Assembly (NCBI RefSeq): GCF_006345805.1
Contig: NC_042998.1
Location: 187,054,001-187,118,000, forward strand
Reading direction: 5' to 3'
Origin: Octopus sinensis
Taxonomy: Eukaryota
DNA: 64,000 nucleotides
Below, one piece after another: positions 63,690 through 64,000 of this stretch. Position numbers and translations under genes: made by a program. The notes beneath the pieces are model-generated. The model was not told where the DNA came from and did not search any database. It worked only from the letters and a program-made list of their open reading frames with translations. Numbering within the stretch: the stretch's first letter is position 1; each line of letters starts with the position of its first letter.

Positions 63690-64000
63690 GTCTGTTGTAC
63701 ACACAGGTTCTTGTAGTTTTTTTTTTGCACAGAAAGGGTATGTCTTAGTGTAGCCAAGACATTACATTAAGACATGATACAGCAAAAGGGCTTCAAATAA
63801 GCAGACAATCGTAGCAGCAATAACTGGAGAGTGTAACAGTTCAGACTGACCACGAAATTCAATCAAGAAGTTCAGAAATTTTCATTCTAGACAAGGTGTC
63901 AAAAAAGTGCATCGTCATAGATATGGCTGTGTCTACTGAAATGAAAGTAGCGGTAAAAAAAAAACAGGGAAAATAGGAAAATATCAAGACTTAGCTAGGG
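63690..64000 (+). mobile_element. R4/Dong fragment (CCHC and restriction-like endonuclease region), runs off the window end
   Basis: YIKT/RHD-like segment, then VQTDHEIQSRSSEIFILDKVSKKCIVIDMAVS...EKIGKYQDLAR; follows (TAA)n. Confidence 0.8.

Overview
AT-rich, microsatellite-saturated animal genomic DNA, most likely octopus. That assignment is inferred from the abundant tRNA-derived SINE families and the extreme di/tri/tetranucleotide repeat load. No long genuine ORF is present, and most entries in the ORF track are microsatellite artefacts. The window is a layered graveyard of mobile elements: R4/Dong non-LTR elements sitting in (TAA)n, one with a complete TIR/TSD-bounded Chapaev3-type DNA transposon in its 5' UTR; Penelope-like elements (PLEs); L1/Tx1, CR1, RTE and Gypsy fragments; Tc1/mariner derivatives; non-autonomous Helitrons; a MITE carrying TTAGGG repeats; and four tRNA-SINE families. 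The most notable hidden structure is a set of hammerhead-ribozyme (HHR) motifs tied to PLE termini. One has an intact catalytic core (42641-42692). Another is a minimal variant with a U3-A8 covariation (57015-57057) inside an ~870 bp foldback. A second theme is a SINE that repeatedly joins GG(T/A)AT(T/C) sites, including its own body, and a SINE dimer that has a related copy 11 kb away. A few small phase-compatible minus-strand exons (26.4, 31.8 and possibly 38.0, 44.1, 49.8 kb) suggest an unidentified host gene with multi-kb introns. All family names come from recognising sequence by eye, not from database searches.
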